Source: Bugula neritina (taxonomy: Eukaryota > Animalia > Bryozoa). From it: 64,000 bases of DNA. Location of the stretch: contig OZ037767.1 in NCBI GenBank assembly GCA_964035545.1, forward strand, positions 25,808,628 through 25,872,627, written 5' to 3'. Positions 37,988 through 56,800 of this stretch are shown here, in pieces; within the stretch, counting starts at the first letter, position 1, and each line of letters opens with the position of its first letter. The notes under the pieces are model-generated. The model had not been told where the DNA came from, did not search any database, and was given only the letters and a program-made list of their open reading frames with translations. The position numbers and the translations under genes were made by a program.

Positions 37988-40900
37988 CTAACAGGGTTTC
38001 AGATGCTCCAACTGTATCTCTAAAGATATTCTTTGTTCAACTACTTCCTGAAGCTCTGAGTGCAGTTCACTACTGGATCTCACTAGAATGGCATTTCTTT
38101 CTCTCTGTTTGCGTATAGAATTCTGAATTTCTCTTTTATCTCTGCGTGAAATTGAAATCGAGTGAAAATTACTTGATTTTTACCAAATGGCAATACCCTA
38201 CCCAACAACAATGGCATCTATAGTAATGATGAGAAAACAGAACTTGAGAAATAGTTATGAATAAATGTTTTGATTCAACATGTAAAAGAGATGGAAGGTT
38301 ATAACAGCATGTTGAGAGCCAATAACTGACGAAAATAATTCATGACTGATTGACACCAATCCCCTGGTGTCTGTCACTTTCCAAACAGCTTTTCTATGAC
38401 AGTAAAAGGCAAGTTCTTGCTCCTTTTTTAATACGAATAGTAATTAGAATAACTAGAGACGAGTCAACAAGAGCGCAGGTTGGACTGTAGGCATACCTTA
38501 TAGAGAACTGGTGGGCCACCTGCGGCCTATTTGCCGAGATAGTAGGGGCTAAAACAGGCTGCATCTCCGCATACTGTGGGTTAGGACTGGGCCCCTGCAT
38601 GAGATCTGCACCAAAAGGCTCGTTCGTAGGCTCCCCAAATTTAGTAGAGAAATCTGCGAAGTTCTCTCTACGAAAAATAAACACATTCTCTGGGTAAGAA
38701 CCTGGATATGGAGACACGGTATTGAAGTCAGATGCAGTAACTGGACTGCAACCATGGCAAATTTTTACATTATATTCTCATTTATGTATTGTTTCCATAA
38801 GAAATGCAAGTGTTTCAACACACTAAACTCACCCTGTAGTAGAGAATGGATCATTATTACTAACACTGGCCATGTGTACAGAGTTGATTGGCTGAGCTGA
38901 AGACAATTCTGCATCTGGAGAGGACAAAGACCACTGGTTTCGTGGTGGGACTGTGGGGGGATTCTGCGGTGCACCTGGCATGCCAGGTAAGCCTATAAAC
39001 ATCACACAAGATTTATAAGTTACTGACTGCATTTACATGATTTAAAATAAACTAAAAAATACCCATTAAACCTACTTTGATAGCCCTGGAGACTCTGGGG
39101 TGGAGGGGGGTCAATGAGAAGCAGCTGCTGGTCCATCAATGGAGCACCCATAGATTGCACTTTTTTTGGTGTGGGCCTAGGTCTAGCTGGCAGAGGCTGA
39201 CTGTTAGTAGATCTAACCTCTGATCCAGCCCTTTCCCTCGTCACCACCACTGCATTAGTAGCGTTGCCAGGTAACGTGTACGGTCCGGGCTCTGTTCCAG
39301 AAACACACACAATATGAAGAATATTTGAGTTTATAAAAAAGCAATGTAATGACTCATTACCAACCGATAAAATGACTCATTGGAATACAAGATATTGCTC
39401 CAAAGAAGTTAGTGAAAAATAATAGTTGTGTATTCACTAGTAATTATTTGCAAACACACATTGTAATGAGACAACAAAACACAAGTTCATCTGATCAACT
39501 ATCAGACTACAGCCTAACATAATGGCAGAGCAGCAGGGCGTGCTGCAAAGGCAAATCAAAAAGAACTAAATTATGAGAGAAAAACTAATTTTGGCGAATA
39601 AAAACTGCCCTTTCAACTCTCCACCAAATAAGTGACACAGCAGCAACTGCTTACATTTGAACATTGCCTACCTGTAGCAGTGCGGGGCCTGGACACGTCA
39701 TCTAACATCTTGTTGTGTGAAGAAGGCGACATTTTCATAGCTACAGGATGAGCTATGTCCTGTAATGAAAGACGTAAGAGGATAACTCTAAGTGTAGACA
39801 AAACTCATGCTATATATATGCCTGCATAACAACTATAATTCACAAATAATATTCTTGATCCACAAGTTTGCTCCGTAATGTCAAAATCTCAGATTTGAGT
39901 AATCTTTACCACTCAAAAATAAAACTTTACTCTCAAGAAAATAATTATTTGGCATTTAATTTAATTGCGAGCCTAGAGCTTTCACTAGAAACCCTGGCAT
40001 GAACCTATTATGGTCAGTGTTGTTTTCAATATATGCACTACAACCATCCCACACCACAGACTGCATGTAACAAGTCATAAGGCAGTAGAAAATAGCTTCT
40101 ACTGGTGGTGATTAAATACACTGAATATCAGGAAATAGCAGCTAGTTGCATGGAGAATCAATAAACGCAGTGCCTACATAAATATATCTTTTGATAGAAA
40201 AGAGAAATGTCATACCGAGTCACCAATGACAGGTGCAGAATCAAAGTTAACTGGCTGACTAGTAGGAGAGTGGGAGGAGCCTGTCCACTGAGGCTGTAAG
40301 GGGGAGGAGTTAGCATCTGAAGCTCCGGTCGCCTGCCACTACAATGAGAACACAACTTCAACAGTTTGACAAAGTGGCGATAACTTAATAATCAGCAAGT
40401 AACAAGTGATTTGCTAAGCTGTACAGCAGACTAGAGCTAAGTTCACGGAAGAATGCCATCCGCAATTTGGAAGAGAATTACTGAAGGTGAATGGGCTAAA
40501 CAAAAACTATTTTGATAGTACTATCAGGAAAAGATGTAAACGACGCTGCCACTGTAGGTCTACAGATGCTACAGACCTGTTCACTAGTAGCTGGCCACTG
40601 GTCATTACTGGGCTGTCCACTGGTCCAGATCTTCTTGGTCCCAGATGCTGCTGTGTCAGCGGGCCAAGTGGCACCCGCCGCAACCGACAGCACTGGAACT
40701 GGTGACGGACTTTTATGTGGCAGCTCGTCGCCCAAATCGGCCGCAAACGGCTCGCTGCTAGCCGGCACATACGGCATGAGAGACTGCGGCAGCGTGGCTG
40801 GTAACTCAACTTCGTTACGTCTGAGCACAACCAGGTGCATGGCAGTACAGAACTCCTGAATAACAGAGTCTAGTTGCAACTACACTGTGCTGTTCACACG

Positions 40901-41305
40901 TTAAGCATACATCTGGACAGGCTGAAAGAACTCAAATATGACTGGCTAGCTATTCCAGTAACCAATGGCAATGACTGTAAACAATTTTCTCTTTTCCGTG
41001 GAAAACTGAACGTGTACTTTTACTCAATACATTTACAGTTTGGAGTAAAAACCACATGACATGAATGTATTATTCTGCTACACCTTCACTCATGTTCAGA
41101 AAAAGTATTGGAAAGGGACACATGTTATGATGTGAAATGATCTCTACATGCACTAGAATGAACACTAACTAGCCACTAACCTGTAGAGTGAGGGCGCCAT
41201 CTCTATTCACATCAGATAACTTCCAGATAATTGAGAGCTCATTGGTAGGCAATTTAGACTTTTCAAAGAATTGTTTAGCCACAGTACCTACAGAAGAGAA
41301 TATAC

Positions 41306-41377
<72 letters not shown>

Positions 41378-44300
41378 CATAACATAGAAGTACTGTCAGG
41401 TCAGTTATACAAAGGAAACAACAAACCTTTGATGGTGGAGGTAAGATCTTGCTGCATTGTCCTAAACTGAGAAATGTAATATTCTCGCTGCTCGTCATTG
41501 ATGCACCACATGTCGTCCATAGACTCAGATGCCTCTGACGTTGCGTAATCAGCCGAGCTCAGGGAGCACGAGTCAAATGTGAAAGACTTCCTGCTCGGGA
41601 AATCTATCTGATCTTCAGACACTGCGGTATCTAAGGAAGACAAATTCAGAATAAATACTCATCCTGAATCTCAGTATGTGTAACCAAAGCTGCTAGAATA
41701 GCGAAGGTATTAGAGTTGTGTGCTCATTGTCAACTCTGAACAAGAGTTTGATATTAACCCAGTTTATTACATCTGGAAATTTTTGAACACTAACTCACTG
41801 TGTCAATTGCTGGTACACTAAAAATAACTAAAATTTCAAAGTGAAACAACTAGTTTTAGCCCTGGTAACTTCTGCATTTGTTTTTCATTTAATAACAAAA
41901 ATCAAAGGCATGAGTGAATTTCCAAAACTTACACCGGACAGTAAAGAAAATATATAAATCAAATTTTATACGGTGAATATAGAGCCTACAGCAGTTGCAG
42001 CAGTAAACTGACTGACCTTTAGAAATAGAGTGAGATCGGGAGACTGTATTGGAAGGTGGTGGTGGCGGATTCTCAGGCTGTGGTTGCTCTTTGGTGGGGG
42101 AGGGAAAGGAGGCCCAACCCACAGAGTCGCCGGGAGAATGAGGGTTTTTCTGAGTGACTAGAGACTGTCCGGCGTCATTATTCTATCAATTGAGCAGCAT
42201 AAATGACATCACTTCCTGAATAGCATGGGCATAGTCACATGATACTGAATAGGTCTAGCTTCTGGAGGCCACACCCACCCAGAACACGCCCAACTCCAAC
42301 TCCAGGCTCCAACTAACATCTTTTGTCCACTTTAATTGGTTGTTTTACAAATAAATTGATTTCTTCAGCATTACCATTGGTCTCTAAAGAACTTTGAGTT
42401 CTAAAGCTAATTTCCTTTATAAGGAGTTAAACTGCTATGTGGTGTATTCATTCACTTTTATTTAAAACTACTTGTGGTCCATATTGGGCTATTCTATATT
42501 ATTACCCACGCACCTCATCTTGTAGAAGATCATTTCTCTATATTTAATTAATCATGTTGACGTAGACTGTATAGACTTATATGATGAACATGTTTATTGA
42601 TTTAAACAGGTCCTAAAGGTAAACCAGCTTATATAACTTTATCTTATATGCCGTCTAGTATAATCAGATGGACATTTCAAGAGTTGGAAATGTCACTAAT
42701 AATGTCACTAATAATCAGTTAGACTATACCTAACGAAACATTAACAAATAGTTTACATATATAAACAGCTTTGGATAAAACATATAATAATTTTTGGAGA
42801 TAACATACATGCTAGTATTCATACCATAAAACAGAAACTGAACTTTATTTCATTCAAACAACTTGCAGATAAAAATGTTTGAAGTGGAAAAAAAAACTGT
42901 TTATAATTTGAAAAACAGCAAAATCCTTTATATGAAGACTGTTGGTCACATGATTTAGCAACATTGAAATTTGGTAAAACTCCATCATCTTTCAAAAGGA
43001 GAGTATGTTTTGAAGCCTGACATTAGGGAAACTACTAATCTTGTAGATGGTAGAAGCTTGGTAGTTGACCCACCAGCATATCATTAACTAATTATATAGA
43101 AAGTTAATTATAATATATATAGTATACTGCGAATTAAGATCACACATCAAGTGACAACCTAATTATGAAAGATATAAACTACTATCACTAGCCAGACTAA
43201 CCTGAGCTGTGTTCTGTGTGGATAATACTGCAGGTTGTGTTTGACTGTTGCTAGGTAACATATTGGATGAAACATTCTGAAGATGGTTTGGCTGTAGAGG
43301 GGCATTAGTCTAAAAGTTATACATATATGTATAAATATAACCATATATAATTATATAGATGTATAAATATAAACATATATAAATACATAGATGTATAAAT
43401 ATAAACATATATAATTATATATGTGTATATATACCGTATTTAGAAGACACCATTTCTACTCATTGCACAACCATATATTTAGTCAAACTAGGGGGACATG
43501 TTAAACTCATAGATACCTGTATAGTACCAGATACATTCCTAACGTGTCTCTTAGTAGGGGGAGGGGGTAGAACACCACCCGCCATCATCGCAGCCATAGT
43601 TGGAGGAACTGCAGGTGCAGCCTGGGGCTGCTCTAATAAAGCACCGATTGCTGAAGGGTCTATATTCAAATCATTCATCAATTTATCTAATTTAAATTTC
43701 AGATGTTCAGGATTTATACTCGGAAGTGGAAGAGAGCCTGTAAGATAGACAAAGTCTACATCAAATAGAGATTCTACCCACCCTAAAGCACAATATGCTA
43801 ATAAATGTTCATATATCTTTATTGTGCCATGTTACCATGGAGATTATAAATTCCAAGGGTACTTTATCATGTAATGCAATGGATTAGTCAGCCACTAGTT
43901 GTTGAATCAATTAATAGCATTACTTGGCAAACTTGTTTGAATTGTCATGTTGATCAACATTTTACAACTTTAATGGGTACAGAACCCATTGGACACAGGG
44001 TAACCGTGCAGCACATTCAGTTATCATTCGACATAATTCAGTGATTCTACGTGAGAAAAAGGAGGCAGGTTCGGTAACAGAACAATAAGCCCGTGTTCTA
44101 GATTAAAAGTTAAGCAGGAGTTATATTCTCACAAGAATATTATTCTGCCTTTAATAAAAAATTACAAAGAAAATTAAGTGACTTGAGCTATTGATATTTC
44201 TCTATTACTGCACCTACAGTTTGCATTCTCTGGCAAGGGAATAAGGTTCAGCACAAATATATGAATAGTTGGTACACAGTGGGGCGGAGTCAGTGGGCGG

Positions 44301-45261
44301 AGTCAGTGAATGGAGTCAGTGGATGGAGTCAGTGGGTGGAGTCAGTGGATGGAGTTAGTGGGCGGAGTTAGTGAATGGAGTCAGTGGGCAGAGTCAGTGG
44401 GCAGAGTTAGTGGGTGGAGCAGTAAGTTTGGTGCTGACCCAAGAGCTACTAGAACAAATGTTCAGCATTAGCAAACACACACTAAAAATAAGGTAACACG
44501 AGGTAACACAGGTATCTAAACATGCACATATAAGAGGACATACCAAACAGTTCCGGCTTCAAAGGTAGCTGCTGCTGAGCTGCAGAAATATACTTGAGTG
44601 CTATGTAGAACTGACTCCTCCCAAAGTACCCTAACCTAGATGCCCCGCAGAGGTCAGCTATCTACAAGTATACACCGCCTACATTGTATCCTCCAAGATC
44701 AGCATGTTTTGTTGGAGAATCTATCAACACTTTTTATAAAATACTATCAAATATATGCTACCTGAGTATAAAGGTGAAATGCACAGATAATGCGAAAACC
44801 TTTACCAGCTGAAGTCAATTCAACGTAATGTGACTCAGCCTGAGCAAAAGTTTAGATTGCTATAGTCTGAATTAAAATATCAACAAATATATAGTTGTAA
44901 GCCTAAACACACAATCCCGTCCCGGTGGAGTTTCTTCAAAAAATCTAATAAACCATGAGATTTCCCCTGAGAAGTTTATGAAGTATTTTAGGCTACAAAT
45001 TAAATTTTAACAAAAATCAACAAACTAAAGCTGGTCTATCTATGTTTAGTATAAAGAATGAAGTGTTGGACGCAGTAACCTACCACGCCCACCCAGGTCT
45101 ACCCTGGGAGAAACACCAACCTGTAGTGAGACATCTATGGGCAACCCGGATGAAGAGAACAACTCCCCAGCTACAATCTTTGGTATCTTTGTTGATTTGG
45201 CAAGGTCACATGTCTGAAACAGTTCTTCGTACAGCTGCTTCTCTGATTCATTCAACTCCAT
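37988..45261 (-). CDS. REPS1: RalBP1-associated Eps-homology domain protein (REPS1/2), about 14 exons
   Basis: N-terminal EH-like domain ([13 protein letters not shown]...SSGLP...[23 protein letters not shown]); second EH domain ([15 protein letters not shown]...[42 protein letters not shown]); Pro-rich PARPRP; terminal coiled coil [42 protein letters not shown]. Confidence 0.93.
41308..41375. repeat. (TA)n microsatellite in a short REPS intron
   Basis: Pure TA run. Confidence 0.95.
44277..44420. repeat. 13-bp G-rich minisatellite (~11 copies)
   Basis: Unit agtgggcggagtc with variants. Confidence 0.9.
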
Positions 45262-45964
45262 GATGAGGGGAGGTATACGCAGTCAGTGTACCATTGGAAA
45301 CCGAATCATTAGCCTGTAATAACATCAATAAAAACTCCATATGCAAAAATATACATCTTATCATTAAAAGTACCAGGACCAGGAAATGCAAAATATGATT
45401 GTCATACTTGCATGCAGTATTCAGATATAAGCTACACGTGATACATCCTGTTTCCTAATACTAAATCTCGAAACATGTTGACACTTTACAGCTATTCATC
45501 TCTAAATACCAGGTTGACATTTTTAAGTCTTTAATCCTTTAGAAAAATAGTATAATAATCAAATACAAATAAATTTTAGTAAAATTTAGACTCTCGATGC
45601 TACAATACTAACAGTTATACGTTAGTATCCGCGGGGAAGCTTAGCAAACTGAATTGAAATTTTATAAACTCTAATTCCTATATTTTATATCCGTTTATTA
45701 CTCAATTTTTCAGTAGAATATACTACACAATTTAAACTTAAAAGTTTAAACTTTCATCACAGCTCAGTGTTTAGGCTGTGCATAGCAGCAGCTAAAAACA
45801 TGCAATGAAAGTTAGTTATGACTAGAAAAGTTTTATAGTAACACTAAAGCCAACCAGAAATGTCATCTGCAAGCGATAGGAAATCCCGAAATAATTTAGC
45901 ACATGTCTTCACAAAATTCAGTCTTACACTTAGTTACTGTTTCCGCCTGGTGCTACTTCTGCTA

Positions 45965-46125
45965 CTTACAATTTACTTTGAGTTTGTCTTTCAGTTTTAC
46001 TTTTACAGTTTTAGTGATTTAGCTTAGTTATTACTATTAGTTAAACTTAATGTTATACTTATACTGTTACTAATAGTAATACTAATAGTAATGGCAATAC
46101 TATTAAATTAGTAATGCTATTAATA
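45965..46125. repeat. Period-6 A(G/C)T-core array on the REPS side of the REPS/RBBP4 promoter
   Basis: tacttt gagttt; cagttt tacttt; tactaa tagtaa tactaa tagtaa. Confidence 0.7.
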
Positions 46126-46439
46126 TTATATAGATAGCCATAAAAACATTGATGAGTAATTCATTATTATATTATAATTCAAATTTAAATTATTATTATA
46201 TTTATTGTATCAAATTATATTTATGTAATTTTAATTCATTTTCAATTGTACATACAAAACAAACATAGGTACCTTCCAAGCCACTAAGCTTCAGGTTTAA
46301 TTTGTGGCAAAAATAAACCCACTAATCATGCTATTGTAAAACGTTATAGAAGAGCTACAAGATAGTAATACTTATACTGAAATATAAATTTATAATTCAG
46401 TGGATCAGCGAGCAACTGTAATTTTAGTAATTTCACTGT

Positions 46440-46917
46440 GCAGCAACACCGGAAGCTAAAGTAAAAGTTGGGAAGACAATCTACGGATAAAGCTTCCTGA
46501 TTTCAGAGTTATCTATTTTTACTTATTCAATTTTGCATTTTAGCTTTATTCAATTATGCTACTAACAGAAGAGCAATTTAACAATACATTATCTATAATT
46601 TCCAAAGTGATACTAATATTTCATATGTATTGCAAAATTGAAACATTATTCATAACATTTTGCGTTAACGAAGTAGAATTATAACATGTCTATGACTTTA
46701 CAGCGATACAACTTAAGTCATCATTAGGAACGTAAGCTAAGTGTATCGATCTGCATCTTCTTTTCCCGGGAAAACACCAACCGAAGGTACTGTTTTGATT
46801 CATTGGATCAGTTTTATGCATTTGCGCATGAGTTTATCGCGGTGCTCTTGGTCCAGCGGGCAGAGAGTGAAAAAAGTTGTGCGATATTGAAAACAATACT
46901 ATTACTAGAAGTAGACA
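46440..46917. promoter_or_regulatory. Bidirectional promoter REPS / RBBP4
   Basis: ETS-like CCGGAAG ~46449; TATCGAT ~46744; perfect palindrome TTTTCCCGGGAAAA 46761-46774; NRF1-like TGCGCATG ~46823; lies between divergent start codons at 45261 and 46918. Confidence 0.55.
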
Positions 46918-52439
<5,522 letters not shown>

Positions 52440-53818
52440 TTGGGCTAGTATGACATGTTGAACAGTGCAATGGCTACTCTTGGAGTTACTTCCTCAATGT
52501 TATACTATATCTTATTTATCTTTTCCAGTAAGCATGTGCCTCAATATGATCAGTAAGACTATGTATTGTACTGAGTTTATTACGTCTAGGGATACAGCAG
52601 TGAATGTTGTGATATTTGTACAGCCTTGTTATATAGTATCAAATAATACAGTTCTAGTAGTTGTATAAAATTTTCACATTGGTCATACATGAACCAATGT
52701 TTTATAATCATTATAAAAATATAATATCCAAATTAAAATCATTAGTAATCAGCAGTAACTGATTGTTACAACCTAGAATTAATCAATCAATATATGTACA
52801 CTTGTATATGATCAGAAAAAAATTACTGTAATATTAATCCTCCACTGTAGATGGGCAACACATTTTACTAACAAATAATAAGCTAATTATTTCAGCACAT
52901 TGTGTAGCTATTCATATAAATTAAATCATAAATATTTAGTCACAATAAGTGGTTTAACATGCAAAAAGGGTGTGCCAAATCAAAAAAAATAGAATGCCAA
53001 CATTTCATTGTTACTGCACAGTAAAAGCTAATGCAGAAAAGCAACAAAATTCTAACACTAGCTTACAAGGAGTGAGAAATACATCAGGTGATATGCAGAC
53101 ATACATAGAAATAATAGAACTAAAAATTTCCGGTTGAAATTTATAGAAGAGTTGAAAACTATACAAATAAATGTTCTAAACTGTTTAACAGCTAGTCCTT
53201 TAACAACATTTTCAAAGGGATGCAATGACAAGGCCGGTATGTACTAAATATACATAAGATATAGTTACAGGGAAAATAGAAGCAAGCTAAAACTTTGTGC
53301 ATCCCTAAATAAAGCAACTATGGTATGAAAGTAAGACGGGTTTCTGCAGATAGTAGCTTCAAAGCACATTCGACCCTAAAATAAAACACAGCAAATATTT
53401 GTAGTCCAAGCAACAGGCATGTGATGCTTCACTACAAACATTCATAGCCATATGCTAATTTCTTCAACAAACATGAGTCTGAGGGTTTTCAGGATAGAGC
53501 CTAAAGTATTTCACTGGAGTGCAAAGCCCGTGTAAATAAATTTGGCAAAACATTTGGGTTTAGCAACAAGTAGCCAATGATAGTGACAGAAAGGCAGACA
53601 CAACACTAACTATGCTACAACATCCATGCACATAGACAGCGGACGATTACATTTTAAAAGAGATAAATAAAATTGACAACTAAACTTTAAAACAATGTAA
53701 AGACCAAAAATGCATATTAAAATTTTACAGATGAAGACAAAAATATTAGATTTAGCTAACAGGCTGATATCATTTAACTTGTTTACCAACAATCAACCAA
53801 GCATGAGAACTAAAAATG

Positions 53819-56800
53819 TCACCCAAGATGGGCATGACAGAAGCAGCTCGACTGGTGCTTGCAAGTTGAAATTTTGACTGGCTGCTTGGTAGAGCTGGCG
53901 TTACCTGGGCGACTGGTTGTCTGTCTTGGTGTCTGACATATCTCACAAGTAGCTATCAGAGGGTGGTTAAGAAAAGTACATCTACTGCAAGACCACTCTT
54001 CATCTTCAGCTACCCGAGACGGAGAACGGCGTGGGGGTACAGGGGGAGGCACCCGAGCTACAAATACACTCATATTAGTTAAACTAACATACTAAATCAC
54101 AGATCCTCATGCAAGGCTAATGCTGGAGTTATGAAAGACAGGTTAGTTTAATAACTGATGATTTTCTTTCTTCAAATTTAAAACATGACAAGAATTCCCT
54201 AAGCATATGGTAGCCTTCTCTCTAACATATTGCATTTTTCTCCCTTCAAGATCTAAATGCAGCAGTGAAACTAAAACAGGTAGTATGATTTCATGGTCCG
54301 ATGAGGTTTCGTTTCTCTCTGGCTTGCAAAAATTCATTTCCAAATAAAAAGTTGCAGAGAAGCGAGTAAAATCAAATCTGAGGCACTGGAATTGTGACTA
54401 GCATGAAACTTGAATACTAACTTGGTCTAAGGGGAGCAGCTGGTGTATTGTTGATCATAGGATCGTTAGGGTTATAGATTGGTATGGGTTGCCGGGTTAT
54501 GGAACTCTGTGGAACAGGTGGTGGTGGTGGTGGCTGTAGTGGAAGGTAACCGTGGATGGGTCCTCTAACTTGGGCTACAAAGACAAGAGAAGAACTAAAC
54601 ACAGACTAAAATACTAACACTAAGTGTTGATTGAGTAGAAATTTACAGATTTTGGATTAATCTACTCTAAAACGATGATAAAATTTACTTCTGGGTACTA
54701 GCAAGCTAAACTACTTCAACATTTGCCAGCAATGACTGATAAGGCCAATAATTTAGGGCACACACTGAGGTAACATTAGACTGCAGACAAATTATTCTCA
54801 ACTGGTAAAAAAATTGTACCTATACAGAAATTGGAATTTTACTAAAAGTTATGTTTTTGTTCAAATGATAGCAAAAGCCTTGCGAGTTGGAAACATAACA
54901 TAGCAAAGATATAGTGCATATATAGTGCAATTGATACAATATGCGAGCAAGTTTTTATAAAGAAGACAACTCTGAAACACACTCTACTAGAGAACATACG
55001 GTTTGGAAGTCTTTGTGTCAGTCTCTGAATGTCGGAGGCCAGCCGTTTATTCTCGTTTGTCATGTTGGTGACCCCCTTCTCCTGTAACGTAGGCATTACG
55101 TGTTTTACACTGACATGGCTGGCTTACAGTTAGCAGCAGGTGAATATGACAGAGAGTCAAATTGATGAATTAAGAGGTATGTTTGAGAAACGGTTGAGCT
55201 ACAACCTAACAGTGTATGAAATCAGGTATACTAATGTACTGTCAGCAGTCTTGGTTTCTAGTTACTACCTGGAATTTCAGGTGGAAAATTTAATTCCAGG
55301 TAAATCTAGCCAGGTGAGAGTCACACTAAATAGAAAATTCAGACAGGTAAAATGTGAAGAAATGAACACTCATTTTATTCCACCTGATCCTGACCAAATT
55401 TGTAGTTTTAAAATTGCCATTCCTATCTCGCGAAAAAAATGATAATAGAAAAAAAAATACAATTAAAAAAAATTATCAGTAAGCTAATTGTGAACGTACA
55501 AAAATCAAAACAGTAGACTTGGTACCCCAAGCAGACTACAAAGTGAGATTAAGAATACTTTTGGGAGCGCAACTTGGTAAGATGGCATCTCGAGGAAAAT
55601 CAAGTCATGAAATGATTTAGCTACTTGAGTATGAGAGTTAGTGACTTGAATGCACGGTAATAGAAGCTAAGCAACTAATAAGACCACACAATGCTAAAAC
55701 ATAGCAATATTAAATTGTTAGTTATAACAAGTACAGTGTGACCTTTTCATTAAATTAAAAATTACCATAACATAAAAGTGACTATGATTGAGATTAAAGT
55801 ATCTAATGGCAAGATTTTGATTTAATTATGCTATTGTACAAGCTACAAAGAGAGGACAACTTATACACTTTTGTTCAAATTTAAAGTTGAAGACAGATGA
55901 AATATACGAATATAATTGTATACCATTTCACTATCCACTCCTTCATTCGTTTTTCTCTCCTCTTCCAACAGCTTTAAAAGACCTTCCTCTTCCTCCTTTA
56001 TTTTTGTGATTTCAGTCTCCTCCTGAGCACAAGCGTGGAGAAGACGATTCTTTCTATCCTGTTGATATCCCAGGATGTTTGCTACAAACATACACAAAGT
56101 TATAATAGCAGTACTGTGTATTAAATACAACGATCCCTCCATATCTTACTAAGCTGTGGGTGCGAAACCTCAATTTGTGACATAGTAGATCTGTTAGATT
56201 CGGCAATTTTGTCCCGATACACATACATAGGCCACAAAACGGGGTGCAAGCCCTTCTTGCGACCTATGGAATTTCGTGAGATATGGAGGGAACACTGTAC
56301 AATAATGAAATGATAAACTTATTTTCCATATAACTATAGCACATGATTGACCTGGGCATGTGTTACTATCAGAAAGTAATCTTCGACATAAATTTGATTA
56401 ACTGAAACTCTCTCTATAGTTAGAAAAAGTGCAAACACACATTTGTACAATTTAGTTTCGAACATAGTTATGAACAAAAGATGGTTAGTAACAGAGAAAA
56501 TAAAAAAGAACACAACCCAACACTTTAACAAGTTATATTTTGTAGTTCAGAAACCGTTATTGGCGAAGTTCCAACTAAGTTCTGTATCTACTTGGCTACA
56601 GAGGTCAATAGAGTTGACTGATAAAATAGAGAATGGTGTGGCTACTGACATACATTTTTTAACTGAATTTTTTGCTCTCAAATTAGCAGGCTATAATCAA
56701 TTGATAACATCATTTGATCATATAAAATATTGTTTGGTATTCCCAATTACTTGTGAACAATTGTAATCAGCATTGCTTTTGTTCTGCTTTCTCACCTTTT

